A DNA stretch of 64,000 nucleotides from Eledone cirrhosa (taxonomy: Eukaryota): the NCBI GenBank assembly GCA_964016885.1, contig OZ024740.1, positions 339,016,001 through 339,080,000 on the forward strand. The letters run 5' to 3'. A program made the translations under genes and the position numbers. The notes beneath the pieces were generated by a model. It was given only the letters and a program-made list of their open reading frames with translations. It had not been told where the DNA came from and did not search any database. Of this stretch, positions 41,601 to 56,825 are shown piece by piece (position 1 is the first letter of the stretch; every line of letters starts with the position of its first letter).

Positions 41601-42828
41601 CGAACAAGTGCAGTGTTTATTTTAACGTACAATTGACCTCTATTTCTGTACGAACGAGTAATATTTAAAAGGAAGCACTAATTAGTTTCAGTAAGATGCT
41701 GTATAATGTATAGTAGCAGTCTAGAAACAATAGATTAGAATTCGGTACGCGTCAAAGAATGTTATGCTGAATTCTCGAGGCAGTACAGAACTTAAAGATG
41801 ATTCCAATACTGCGTAGCGTCTCGTTCTCCTTTTTCTATCTTCTCCTTCCCACTCTTTTTCTCATATTTTAATGGCATAGTCAGAGAAGGAAGGGTTGTT
41901 ACCATAACCATTTCCTTGGCCTCCGTGAGGAATAAAAAGAAGGAAGTATGTTATCCGGGAACCTGACCTAAATGCTTGCAAAAGAATGGAGGTTTTAGTG
42001 CTAAACCGGGTGACGATTCCGTTTATTTTCTTGAAATGAAAATAACTGCTCCATCGAATCTTATTTTATAGGCACATATTTCTTAAATCATCTATCCATT
42101 TTAAATAGGGGAAATGTCTTATTAGCTAATGTAATCCTAAACACCCTTAAAAACTCGATGTCCACAGAAGGAATGCATATAATTGTGGGCTTGCTTGATT
42201 AAGTTTCATCTATGACTAGACAACACCCTACCACTGTTTATAACGATAGAACTATGGAATTGAGTAACATGTGATGATCTGCCATTTCGCTCATGGTGGA
42301 ATTTATCTCCCATTTCGAAAAAGATAGGCATGGTTGAACGATTAAAGAGTTCGTTTTGCAATCATGTGGTTGCGGGTTCAATCCCACTCTGTGACATTTT
42401 GGGCAATCACCATGGTAACAGCTAGTTATAACGATCATTATCACGTTATAGCCATCACTACCATCATATTCACCATCACCATTTTATCCTTCACCAACAA
42501 AATCATAATCACATCCATGACCATCACCACCATCATCACCATCATTATATCCGCCATCACCAATATCACGTCCATTACGCCCACCATCATCATATCCACC
42601 ACCACTAATAAATTCGGTATGTGAAATCTAACAAGATCAGAAGAATATACAGCAAGAATCACGTTCAGTTAAAGATTTCTCTTCAGCAAACGTGACATTG
42701 TTGTTTGGAACTTCATGTCTAACATTATTTCCACACTATAGCATCATTTTCTAATATAACTATTATACTACATCTAACTCTCTCGCTCTCTGTATGTATG
42801 TATAGATATGCTTGTGTGTGTGTGTATG

Positions 42829-42894
<66 letters not shown>

Positions 42895-42949
42895 TACATA
42901 TATACATACACACACACATATATATTTACATACATACACACACACACAT

Positions 42950-42984
<35 letters not shown>

Positions 42985-43001
42985 ATATATATTATGTATA
43001 C

Positions 43002-43967
<966 letters not shown>

Positions 43968-44366
43968 TATATTATATATATACACGTGCATATTTATCTA
44001 TCCCATTCTATAGAGACCTACAGTGAAAGACTTTGAGAAATCAATTAATAAACAAATAAGTTACAAGTGAATGTGTGTGTGTTTCATTGTCAGAATGGCC
44101 TTTTCAAAATACAGCAATTTCTGTTTCAACACACGGTTTCACATTAATATACATAACCATGTGAAACTGTGACAATAACCAACGGTGGGTAGCTGATTGA
44201 GAGAAGTTCCTTGTTTCTTTGGGAAAGTTTTCTGTTCTTTTTACTATTTCCTTGAAATGTATTCTAGTTTCCTCTTAGTTTGTCCGTTTAATTTACTGTC
44301 GATTTGCATATTTTCTCGTTGCCTTTGTTTTCGTTTACTTTGATCCCTTTTGCATAATGTATATAT

Positions 44367-44900
44367 CATCATCATCATCATCACCGTTTTAGATCCATTC
44401 TTCTACGCTAGCATGGGTTAGACGGGATGTCCTGTCTTGCTCATACAGAACTGATTTTGGCTTGATTTCTACAGCTGGATGCCCTTCCTATTACCAACCT
44501 CATTTACAGTGAGTACTGGGTGCTTTTTACCGTGGCGCCTACACAACTACTTTACAGTGTGGACTGGGTGCTTTTTTGTTATGACACCTACCCGACCACG
44601 GAATACTGTCTATATGCTTCAGCTTCGGCTTGAACCCTTGGTAAGTCGGGTCTTCTGTATTACTTCGTAACACCAGAGGTCTTGGTCTTGTGTCATCGCC
44701 TTTGAGAGGTGCAATTGGGAAAAATCAGCTTTTATCACCTCATCCCAGGTCTTCTTGGGTCTCCCCACTCCTTCCATCGACTTTTAGTGCTCTGTACGTT
44801 TTTATGCAGCTGTCATCCTTCATACGTATCACATGTCCATACGGACGCAATCTCCTCTCCTGCACACAGCATTTGATTCCTCTTATGCTTAATCTCGCTC
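44367..44900 (-). mobile_element. RTE LINE 3' fragment
   Basis: Minus translation QERRLRPYGHVIRM..RPKKTWDE, followed by 3' UTR and (gat)n tail. Confidence 0.8.
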
Positions 44901-44901
44901 T

Positions 44902-44943
<42 letters not shown>

Positions 44944-45328
44944 CGTGTACTAAGATTTCAGTTCACCCATTTCCCATCACTCTTAACCTTTGAAAATCAT
45001 GAAATCTGTGAAACCGGTGAAGTTGTAAATAAACTTTATACTACTAAAACTCTGTGATTGTTTGCTTGCTAGTCTGTAATACAGCCAAAAGGGCGCATAA
45101 TGGGAAAATACTTTGAAAGGAAGTTGACCCTGAAATGGGAATACAAATGGGATAAAACAAGTTTCGAGTAAATCGGGGCACGTGTTTCCGAGATATGGGG
45201 GTTTCCGGGTACTTTCATAAACAGAGAGGGAGAGAGATAGTGGTTGGAAGAGAGTAGATTGAAAGAGAGACACAGAGAGGGGGAGGAGATAGAGAATGAG
45301 AATAGAAGTGAGAGAGAGAGCTGGTGGT

Positions 45329-45370
<42 letters not shown>

Positions 45371-45488
45371 ATCCTAACAACATGTAACAGATATATAATG
45401 CAGCAACATGAATGAGGCCAATAAATAGTAAATAGCCATATATATATACTGATGTTGATTTGGTTATCAATATTAATATTATTGGGCA

Positions 45489-45611
45489 CTCGCTGAAGAA
45501 TTATAAGAGCCCACTTGAATAAGTATCTGTTGATCTTATACAAGCTTCTACATACAATGGTATAATTTCACCCAACTTGTAGAAATCTTATAGTGAAACG
45601 AGACGTCTGGG
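45489..45611 (+). ncRNA. Type I hammerhead with long helix II insertion (family F relative; pLTR-like 45480-45785)
   Basis: ctcg-CTGAAGA-attataag [79 nt] cttatagt-GAAA-cgagacg-TC-tggg; downstream sequence homologous to the reverse of 17285-17460. Confidence 0.75.
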
Positions 45612-45800
45612 AAGAGATATATTTGATATATCTCATATGAAATTATACAGCCAATTTTCCACACAATACAATTAGTTAGCACCCCAAACGTTTAATTGGG
45701 AATATACTCAGGTATTTCCTAATGTTTGTTGAGTGAGTTGGAATTTGGCCGGAGTATCGCTATTAGCTTTCTCCGATTATGTATTTATATATATATATAT

Positions 45801-46092
45801 ATACACTAGACCACACGTGACACGTTGGTTCATGTTCACATATATATATATGAGTGTGTGTGTATATATGTGTGTGTGTGTGTGACCAGTGTATATAGAT
45901 CACAGACACCCACATATATACTCATACATACATATATGTATATCTATACACACACACACATTTATATATATACACACACACACGTATATATGGGCCTTCC
46001 AATTTCATTTCACATTATATACATTATTTTTAAGTAAACATAATTTTCTAAAAATATTTCGAAGTGAACGTGTCACGGGTGGTCTAGAGTAT
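45801..46092. mobile_element. MITE with 26-bp TIRs in (TA)n
   Basis: atacactagaccacacgtgacacgtt / aacgtgtcacgggtggtctagagtat. Confidence 0.7.
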
Positions 46093-46727
46093 ATATATAT
46101 CAATATAAATTAGCGAGAATCGTATTTCGGCTATTGGGAATTAGCGAAAAACAACTTCCGAGATGTGTGGAAGCTAATGAACCAGAGCTACAACATAAGT
46201 TAAAAGGCCAAACTGAGACGATGGTTAAACCATTATCGGCACAGCCATAGAAACGACCAAGTAATTCGGGTCAAACAAATAAAATATGATTGAAAATTAT
46301 ACCCGGACCCCTGGAAGGTTGGTAATATCTAGCATTTTGGGTTTCTGCAACTCCTAAATCAAGTACTGTCTGCTTAGACAAATAATGTTAAGCTTTTGGT
46401 AATATGATCGAACAAGGAAGTCACTTTCTCAACAGGCTTTTAGTTCAGTGCCAAGCCAAGGACTGACCGTTATCAAAACCCACGTGGGTCTCGACAAGAG
46501 GGGCAACCCTTAGTTTTGGCGGATGAATTCAGTATGTGTATTATTACAAAATTGCAAAATATCACAAAACGAATTAAGTTTTCAACAGAATGGTTTTAAA
46601 ATTAACAAGAGCTATTAATCAGTCAATAGAATTATCTAAAAAAATCAAGAAAATTAACTGGTCAAGGTCAATAGCTAGACTCTGGAGATTAATACAAATA
46701 TAAATTAGCGAGAATCGTATTTCGGCT

Positions 46728-46938
46728 AAGGAAGGTATATACTTTCAAACGTTCAATCGACTGACAGGAAGGTATACGATGCTGATGACAGCTAATAAGC
46801 TAGAAACTAGTTCATCGTTCCTTCGTCAATGTTGAACAACAGCGCAACGATGGTTGCCGAACACTGTACGACTACTAATTCGGGCTGTTTGTTTACTAAC
46901 AAACCGAGCATTATTATAAATGTTCGGTAAACCCATAC

Positions 46939-47010
<72 letters not shown>

Positions 47011-47134
47011 GTGTGCATGTATGTATGTATATACATACTAGTGTACGTCTGTATACATATATGTTTGTACGTATACATACTTATATTTAAGTATCAGCCG
47101 TACTAAGAGTGAGAAATGAAATTTCATTTTTTCC

Positions 47135-47140
<6 letters not shown>
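46728..47140 (+). mobile_element. Family A copy with hammerhead at 46765-46822
   Basis: acgatg-CTGATGA-c agct aata agct a-GAAA-ctag-TT-catcgt; the rest is homologous to 61-320. Confidence 0.82.
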
Positions 47141-47183
<43 letters not shown>

Positions 47184-47802
47184 TATTTACTATTTATTGG
47201 CCTCATTCATGTTACTGCATTCTATATCTTTTACATGTTGTTGAGATTTCCGGTTGAAAATATTGCCATGACAACAGTAATTCCGTATATCCGAGTGTTT
47301 AAAATAAATTGATGGTTCGAATGACATTTAATGCTAGCTTATTTTCTATACTATGGAACTACTAATTATCCAATATTTACATTCACATTCAATGTCTGGA
47401 AATATGTTTGGCGTAGCAAGCTATGCTTGAGAATTAATTATGTATTTAGTTTAATGTAGATTATATAAAACGAAAAAACAATGCTAACAAAAAGCTAGCA
47501 GTCATCCTAATGATATCTAGTAACACAATCTCCTCTGTTTGTTTATTTATTATTACACTCAGGTAAATACAACAATGGAAACGTGATCATAGCTTCCCTT
47601 TATGGCTGTAGATTTTTCATTGTCTTTTTTTCCTCTTACTTCCTGCCCCTCATCTACGCTTTTCTTTATCGACATTCTTCTCTCCTACCCTCTCATATAT
47701 CTATATATCTATATATATATCGAAAAACGCACTCATATTATAGTGAGAGATAAAATAAGCACCTTCATGATCCCATCCCAGCATGATCGCAGTCAAGTAA
47801 CA

Positions 47803-47866
<64 letters not shown>

Positions 47867-47867
<1 letters not shown>

Positions 47868-48052
47868 GTTATTCCGGGTTGAATCGGAGGTAACCACAGT
47901 AAGTAAGGTACTCAATACATTGCAGAGTATAAAAGTTTTAATATAGATGAGATTCTACAGGACTAGAACTCTTTCATTCTTTAGAAATCATCAGGAATCT
48001 GATGATTTCTAAAGAATGAAACAGTTCTAGTCCTGTAGAATCTCATCTATAT
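47867..48052. ncRNA. Head-to-head hammerhead palindrome (47941-48052) on a short pLTR end
   Basis: tcatcag-gaat-CTGATGA-t ttc taaa gaa t-GAAA-(c/g)agttc-TA-gtcctg in both directions; the tail 47867-47935 has a reverse homolog at 55765-55830. Confidence 0.75.
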
Positions 48053-48054
48053 AT

Positions 48055-48440
48055 ATATTAACAAATGGAAACTATATTTATAAAACCATATTTATTTTAT
48101 TATACATATTTCAAGGACACCATGTTAAATTATAGTGTGCTTTCATCAGACAAAATACAATATAAACTATCCGGGAGCTTCCAACAGTAATGGTTGCATT
48201 TTTTAAGGGTATGTCAATATTTATTTATAAAACTGATCTCTATTGCATTTTGTCTGATGAAAGCACACCATAATTGAACCTGGTGTCCTTGAAATATGTA
48301 TAATAAAATAAATATGGTTTTATAAATATAGTTTCCATTTGTTAATATCGTATGTTTACTCCAAATACTTGTTGAGTGCTTTATATCAGTTATAAAAATA
48401 TTTGCTTGTTGTATCCCAACAATTTAAATATAACATTTGC
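48055..48440. mobile_element. Solo pLTR with inverted copy; hammerheads at 48094-48156 (-) and 48247-48309 (+)
   Basis: attttgt-CTGATGA-aag c acacca..tggtgt c ctt-GAAA-tatgta-TA-ataaaat; arms 48055-48163 / 48240-48348; tail resembles the family B pLTR. Confidence 0.85.
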
Positions 48441-48467
48441 ATATATATATATATATATATATATATA

Positions 48468-50788
48468 ACACTACAATCAACAGAAAATTATGAGAAACCT
48501 TAAAACTGTGATCAACCCATACAAAGAAGGACTCACTAACAAGGAATTCAGCTTCATCACAGACTTCACAAGTAAATTCGGCCTTTTCTACGGTTTCCCT
48601 AAAGTACATAAAAGCGAATTAATAAGTAAGTCATGCAAGGAATCCACAGACTTAGTCATCAATGTCCCCTCACCCAATGATCTCAAATTAAGACCTATAA
48701 TAGCAGGCCCGCTTGCGAAACCCACCGCCTTAGCAACTTCATTGATACCCTTCTCAAGCCTTTTCTCAAACACTAAAAGCTACATAAGGGACGACCTAGA
48801 TATGCTCAACCACCTCCCTAATATACCCCTTACTAAACAAACCCTGCTAGTGACGTTCGATGTAGTCAACCTATACTCCAACAACCTAGGAATAGAAGCT
48901 ATCCAATTCTGGTTGGATAATTACCCCAATGAACTCCCACAACGCATCAAAAAAGAATTCGTGATAGAAGGACTCAAATTTATCTTGGAGAATAATTACT
49001 TCGTTTTCAATAACAAATTCTACAGGCAGAAATCTGGGACCGCTATGGGAACGAAAACGGCCCCCACTTATGCCAACCTAGTCATGGGATACCTGGAAAT
49101 CACCCTCTACACTAAAGTACTAAACACATTTGGAAACACTCTCCACTTACACATAGAAAAGAACTGTAAGAGATATCTAGATGACTGCTTCATCCTTTGG
49201 CACGAAAACATCGAGAAACTTAAAGAATTTCACACCCTTATAAATGGGCTCAAAACGAATATTAATTTTACAATGGAATACAGCCATCAACAACTCCCCT
49301 TCCTCGACATCCTCATTAAGATTCATAACAAAAAATAGAAACAGACATATACTACAAGCCAACAGACTCCAAGCAATATCTTCCTTTCAATTCATGCCAC
49401 CCTAGACACGTTAAAATTAATATTCCCTACAACTTAGCCAAGAGAATCTGTACTATAGTTTCTAATAAAAACACCTGTTACTTGTGTCTACAAGAACTAA
49501 AGGACACACTCATAAACAGGGACTACCTTGCATCATTAATTGACAATGGAATCCAACGTGCCCTAAAACTCAGTACCCAGGACCTTAGACACCCTAAAGT
49601 TAATCAACCGAAACTAAAAGCTCATCCATACATCTCCACACACAACCCTCTCAACAATGAGGCCTTTGACACCATCCTCCAGAACATCCCTGTATTAAAA
49701 AAGGACCATAGATTGAACCAAATCCTTCGAACACACGATATCATAAAGAGCAAAAGACAATCTAAGTCAATGAAAAACATCCTAACACATGCCAAAGTAC
49801 TGCCAACCACAACAACGAAACCCACAGTAAAACAATGCGATAGACCCAACTGTGGTGTATTCATCAACCTAATAGAGGGTTCGGAATTCTATTTCAAACA
49901 AGGGCAACGTTTTATAGTAAAACACAATTTCACATGCGCATCAGAAAACCTAATATATGTATTAACTTGCTCAGGTTGTCGAGAACAATACATAGGCCAG
50001 ACTAAAAAGAGCCTCCGCCAACGCATGACTGTCCATAGATCCCAAATTAAAATACGGGAATACAGAAAAATACCACTGAGTGAACAGATTGATACCTGTG
50101 CCGCCCAAAATCATCCCAACTTTAGAATTTTTACCCTCTACAAATTTAAAGATAATGCCACCCACACCCAGCGCAGCAGCAAGGAATCTCACTTTATTAA
50201 CAAATACGGAGCCCGTCTAAACACTTCTTCCTAAGACGAACCCACAACATACACACGTTGACAAACATACCTACATCAGCATACATCCTACATACATTTC
50301 TATCCACATATAAACACACATGTCCTATGGTGCAACACAAATATACACAAATTCGCATACCTTTCGATGTTTATAGATATACACGTGCCGACACGCACAC
50401 ATACGCACACATGTATTTCACATTGATGGGTGCATACATATTTGTACACAAGTATCCCATACGGCAGGGCCTACTAGATTCCCCTTGCAGTACGTACAAT
50501 CTGGTCTCACACATGCATTGTTGTTATGACAATACTATACATCATTTCACATCTTTTATTATTGATGTTATTGATGTTCTTTTGAGAGAATCGTTTTTGC
50601 AAATGACTGAAAATATCGAATAATGTACGCCATTTTTACCAGTACCACAAAATACTGGTAATCCACACACACACACACGCGCGCATGCACACGCGTACAC
50701 TAACATACAGACAGACATATACACACACACACTTCTCCGTATAAGACAAGAGCCGAAAAATGTGTTTCAACATGTTAAAATAACCCCC

Positions 50789-50819
<31 letters not shown>

Positions 50820-51345
50820 ACACAGACGTACAGACTCACACACACACATATTTGTCTTAATAGACACCTGAACTGTTGACCTCTCAACATGACTGCAACT
50901 CAATCAAGCGGAAAAGGGCACTCTTCAACAAACCTACATTTCGCGCGAAACCAGTTCGCGCTAAAATCAATTTAAACATTCACGTGACTTCTACCGACCA
51001 ATCAAAATTGTTTTTACAAGAATTTTCGCAACAAGAATTGGCGCGAAATTTATAGTGCTTATTCACGTGACATTCAACAACCAACCAAATCTTAATGCCT
51101 CCCAAGCCACTTTTTTCACATAACAGGAAGAATTTCCAAAACTGATCAGATTAGAGCAAAAATCACGAGCACTCTATCTCAAAATTATTTTTGAAAAGTA
51201 TAAGAAATGTGCAACCGGTAAAAACTTAAAACTAAAACTGAATACTAACTAATACTTATTACTAATTTATACTTATTCCTAATTAAACTATTTTTCACTG
51301 TGAAAAATTTGTCAGCATTTTCTTTTCTTTTTTACTAATATGTAT
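48468..51345 (+). mobile_element. 5'-truncated PLE (family E); disrupted RT + GIY-YIG 48490-50234 and long 3' UTR
   Basis: FYGFPKVHK, LRPIIAG, TFDVVNLY, GTAMGT, RYLDD, LPFLDI, NLIYVLTC..YIGQT; UTR homologous to the reverse of 9110-10770. Confidence 0.92.
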
Positions 51346-51519
51346 TTATATATATAACTCGACGCAAAAAACCCTAACAATAGTTGATCACTATAAAGAG
51401 AATAACGGATAAAGTAGCCTGGAGACCGAAAAGGCAAAAAGAGGCGTGTGTTGGGATGTACACATTTTCAAATTTTCTGAATGCCACTTTGTCCCTATAT
51501 ATATATATATTTGTACACA

Positions 51520-54500
51520 AGTATCCCAAATGTCCTGGGTATGACATTAAACTACATCCAGTGGCAAGGCTCCAGTTCGGGAGTTCAGGAGATGTGGGGA
51601 ATGTGGAGTTACCCCTTAGTTGTCATGACTCCCAGGTCTGCCCTGGCCCGGGGTGGTAGTACCTGTTAGGGCTCCATTTATGGGTTAAATAACTACCTTA
51701 TTCGAGTGGCGCCGGTAAGGTATTGTCAGCCATTGAAAAGAAATATGGAGAGTCGATCTAACAGCACTAGGGTTAGAGCCCCTAATTACACTGTCAAGGA
51801 GCAGCCTGGTCGTTATGACTCTGCTGGCTTAGAGCCACAGAGAGGGCCAGTGGATGATGGATCAGCTGTCTCTGAGACAAATATAAAGAATGCAGTTTTG
51901 TCCTGCAGAAGAGCCATCAAAATGGGCACTTTGAATGTGAGGACTATTCGAACGCTGGAGAAGAGAGAGGAGTTGGGACATCTGTTCGAGGAGAGTGGTA
52001 TACAGATACTTGCGATCCAAGAACACAGGATTCTACACGATGAGCCCGTGAGGAGTGTGATGATCGGGAGGAAGAGCCAGCTCATCACTACATCGGCAGT
52101 GAAGAACACAACAAATGCTGCAGTAGGAGGAGTGGGTTTTGTGTTCAGTGCAAAAACCAATCTGTTGGTGAGGGAAATAATGCCTATCTCCCCGCGAGTG
52201 TTGAGGGTGACCTTCAATGGAAACCCAAGACTGACAGTCATCTCAGCCTATAGTCCAACCGAGGGGGACAGTGATGTGAATGCCGAGGAGTTCCATGAGG
52301 AGGTGTGTAGAGCTGTCAACACCACTCAGGCACACAATATCCTGCTTGTTTTGGGGGACTTCAATGCACATCTGAGTAAGGAGGGCAGTGAAGATCCTTG
52401 CTGGTACTTCCATAACAACACCAACCGAAATGGAAGACTACTGAGAGACACCCTGCTGGAGGCGAACTTGATGGCGACCAACCTAAGGTTTAGGAAGAAT
52501 CTGGGGAAGATGTGGACCTACATCTCAGATATGCACCTGTCCAAGTCCCAGATTGATTTCATTCTGGTGAGGAAAAAGTGGCGGAATAGTGTTCTGAACA
52601 CGGAACCATACAGCTATTTCAGTACACTGGGTAGTGACCACCGGCTTGTTATGAGTGAGGTCCGCGTGAGCTTAAGAAAGAGCAAGGCTCAGCCCCGGAG
52701 AACAATCTATGACTGGGGAGCTTTCAAGGAAGATGATAAGCTACAGGAGAGGTTCACAGTGGAAGTGAGAAACAGGTTTAGTGCTCTGTGTGGAGAGTCA
52801 GAGGAGAGAGAGATTGGATGGACTGAGGAGAGTGTGACGAGGAGGTACGGGCACTTCACCAATGCAGTGGCGAAAGCAAGTGAAACCCTGGTGCCGAGGA
52901 AAAAGAACAAAGAGAAGCACGTCAGCTCTGCAAACCCAAAAGTGTGTGCAGCCAGAGAACACCTGAAAGCTGCCAGGGACCAATTCTATGCTGATCCTAC
53001 GGAGGAGAGGATGGAGACTGTGGAGGTGATGAGGGAAGAGCTCTGTACCGCTTACACTGAGGTCAGAGAGGAGGCACTGATAGAGAAGATCAGAAGTGTG
53101 GAGAGAGCGGTTGACAGATCTGGATGTAAGGAGAGCTGGATGATCATCAACGAGATCACAGGGAGGAAGAAAAGGTGTTCGAGTCAGATCCAGGGAACGG
53201 GGCCCGAGGATAGGAAGAGGAAATGGCTAGACCATTTTAGGACCCTACTAGGAGAGCCACCCTCCACAGCCCGGAGCACTGGGGAGATCAGGCGGCTGTT
53301 TGAGGAACTGGATGTTGAGACAGAGCCCTTCACCAGAGAGGAGCGTCAGAGAGCCAAGAAGAAGATCAAGGAGGGCAAGGCTCATGGAGAAGATGGAGTG
53401 GCATCAGAGGTGATGAAGAGGTGTGATTTTGATGATATCATCCTGGGGTTCTGTAACGGGGCACTGGAGAAAGGAGTTGCCCCGAATCAGTGGAGGATCA
53501 GTAACATCGTCCCAGTGCCAAAGAAGGGAGATCTCTCTAACACCAACAACTACCGGGGGATCTCACTGATGTCACTTGTGGCAAAGACCCTCAACAGGAT
53601 GATTCTTAACAGGATCCAACCTGAGATGGAGAAGAAGCTCAGGGACAACCAGAACGGCTTCAGAGAGGGTAGATCAACCACCAGTCACATCCTGATGCTG
53701 AGGAGGATATTAGAGGGAGCTAGAGCAAAGTGCCTTCCTGCGGTCATGGTTTTCATTGACTTTAGGAAGGCCTTTGATTCTGTGGACCGTTACTGCCTGA
53801 TGAAGATCTTACAGGCTTATGGAATCCCCAAGAGGATAGTGGACCTGATATCACTGCTCTACACCAACACCAAAGCCCAAGTCATTACACCTGATGGGAT
53901 GATATAGTTCTTTGAAATACTGGCTGGAGTGCTCCAGGGAGATACATTAGCTCCCTACCTTTTTATCATCGTAGTGGACCATTGTATGCGCCTTGCACTG
54001 GAGAAACACCAGGACACTGGCTTTACTGTAGCACTGGCTCAGAGCAGGAGAGTTGGGGCGAAAAATGTATCGGATGCTGAATTTGCCGACGACATAGTTT
54101 TGGTGACAAATACAGTGAAGGAGGCAGAGGATTTGATGCGGGAGGTTGAGACTGTGTCGATGAGTGTGGGGCTGAGAATGAATGAGACTAAAACAAAATA
54201 TCTGGTAGAGAATGTTGAGAAGCCAGAGGGGATCACTAATGTAGGCGGGAAGCGGCTGGAATTGGTTGAGGACTTCCTGTATTTGGGAGCAAAGATTGGG
54301 AATACGGAAGATGATGTGGTTGAGAGGAAGAGCAAGGCCTGGGCGGCGTGTCACAGCTTGAGATCGGTGTGGAAGTCGGACCTTCGTAGAGACCTGAAAA
54401 TCCGCCTCTTCATTGCTGTAGTGGAGTCTGTGCTGCTGTATGGGTCTGAGACTTGGACACTGACTAAGAGACTCACTCAGATGGTGGATGGGTGCTACAC

Positions 54501-54838
54501 GAGAATGCTGAGGATGGCTCTGAACATTAATCAGTATACACTGAGGATGAAAAACTCAGAGCTGTATGAGAGCATCCCAAAAGTCAGCTCAAAAGTGACA
54601 CAGAGGAGACTGAGGTTGGCTGGACATGCTCACCGACATCCAGAGTTGACATTGCACTCAGTGCTCCTTTGGGAGCCCCTACATGGACACACTAGAAGAG
54701 GAAGACCAAGGTTAATATATGTTGATGCCCTAAGGACAGACACTGGTCTGTTGGAGATGCAGGATATGGCAGCGATAATGAGGGACAGAGACCGCTGGAG
54801 AGAACTCGTCCATGGATCTCGGGAATTTTACCCGCCTT

Positions 54839-54840
<2 letters not shown>
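51520..54840 (+). mobile_element. Near-intact RTE-clade LINE
   Basis: ~190-nt 5' UTR, single APE-RT frame, ends at the stop codon abutting (TA)n. Confidence 0.93.
51706..54840 (+). pseudogene. RTE APE-RT ORF with one in-frame TAG (53905-53907)
   Basis: GTLNVRT, GDFNAH, SDHRLV, NYRGISL, QNGFR, FIDFRKAFDSV, GVLQGDTLAP, FADD, RRLRLAGH; both track ORFs share a frame. Confidence 0.92.
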
Positions 54841-54886
<46 letters not shown>

Positions 54887-55664
54887 CATATTGCTGTATA
54901 AATATTTACATAATAGCTGTTTGGTGAGGTCATATCTATTACATAATTGACACCAAATGCGCATAGCAGCAATGAATATATTAATAATCTTCATCATTAT
55001 ACAAAATTTCCGTCGTACATAAACCTGCATAATTACATCATATTCTCGAAAGTATGCTACGTCGAATGCTTAATCCAGTATAGTCAAATATTACTTTATC
55101 AATTCCTACAACAATTATGGGTTTATGAGCATGAATGGACCTTATATACGTGTGTGCGTGTGCGCGTGTGTGTGTGTGTGTGTGTATGTGGAATTATGTT
55201 GGTCTGTCATTCCGGCTATGACGAGCTTATCTTAAGTGTATATCTCAGGATTATATTATTTAGTGTATCCTTACGGGGTCGATAAAATAAAGCACCAGTA
55301 ATGCACTGGGATAATTGCTGGTCTTGTGCCAAAAGTAGAAGCAATTACATTATTTAGTGTATCTCTCTATAAGACAATAGAGTGGTTTGATTGCTATTTC
55401 TAAATGGTTCTACGAATATGTAGAAAATCTACTTTCAAAGAACAGAAAATATTTCAACACAAGTTAGTTCTAGATGTATTGCATCTGTGTTATCAATCGA
55501 TCTATTAGAAAACACAGCCAACTATAAATAATACATGCATTCATGTATATATTTTATATATTTTTCTACAAGAAAAAATGAACATCTTGTTCAGGTTGAC
55601 TAATACCTTATGGGTGAAATTTAGTAGAAGAAAACTGTGCGGAAGCTCGTCTTATCTCTCTCTC

Positions 55665-55761
<97 letters not shown>

Positions 55762-55831
55762 GGCTTCTACTCTGCTATGTATTGAGTACTTTACTTACAG
55801 TGGTTACCCACGATTGAACCCGGGATAATCT

Positions 55832-55871
<40 letters not shown>

Positions 55872-56685
55872 CGCGTGCATGTGTGTGGCTGTATTAATGT
55901 TTAGTGCTTGTTTATATCACATAACGTAGTAACTTAGAGGCTTAACAAAAAAAACAGATCGATAAATAAGTACCAGACTTTAGTACTGGCGTCGATTTGA
56001 TCGACTAAACCCTTTAAGACTGTGATTCTGCATGTCCGCAGTCTAATTATTGAAGCCAGAAAATAAATAAACGAATAAAAGAGTAGCAGAAAAATAGAAT
56101 AGCGAGGCTGAATGTATGTAAAAATATTCATAATGTATATACACTTACACATTTATGCGTGATGATCGAGGAAAGTACTTATTACTGGAATTAGACGTTT
56201 TTGCCCTTGGTATTTTTATAAATAGTGAAGAGGGGACGTTATCCGCCATCTTTGTAATATTCCTTACCTCTATTCCTGGAAAAACATATCTGTCCGTTTA
56301 AACTCAATGTATCCTCAGTGTACGCTTTATACATATTTAAATATAATTTTCTTTTTGTCCGCATAAATCTTTGATACACTTTTATCTACATAGAAGCCTT
56401 TTTCTACACCTATATATTTTTATTTTATATGCATGCACATACTTCGGCATCTCGCAGTCTCTTCCCAATTAACATTTCATGTATTTGTTGCTTTATATTA
56501 ATGAATGCTACCCTACGGGTTTTTACAGAAAAATTAAAACTCATATTTTTATATATCCTGTATTGTTTTATTAAATTGTGAATCTTGCCCCAGTTCGTAT
56601 GAAGATCAGAACTTAGATGCTCGAAGTAACAAATTGTGAAGTCTTTAACTGCGATATATATATATCCAAGTCTAAGTAGAGAGTG

Positions 56686-56731
56686 TTGTTACTCTGGCGT
56701 TTTGCCTGTTTATCACAGTGTCATCAGGCAT
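56686..56731 (-). ncRNA. Degenerate hammerhead related to the 34598 pair
   Basis: CTGATGA-cactgt gataa acaggc-AAAA-cgccagag-TA-acaa. Confidence 0.5.
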
Positions 56732-56753
56732 TTCTGTCCCTTTCTTTCTCTCT

Positions 56754-56825
<72 letters not shown>

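Noticed and set aside
50235-51345. Expected HHR in the family E 3' UTR
   Set aside because: No CUGANGA/GAAA pair was found in either family E copy; the adjacent 48247 HHR is separated by (TA)n and resembles family B.
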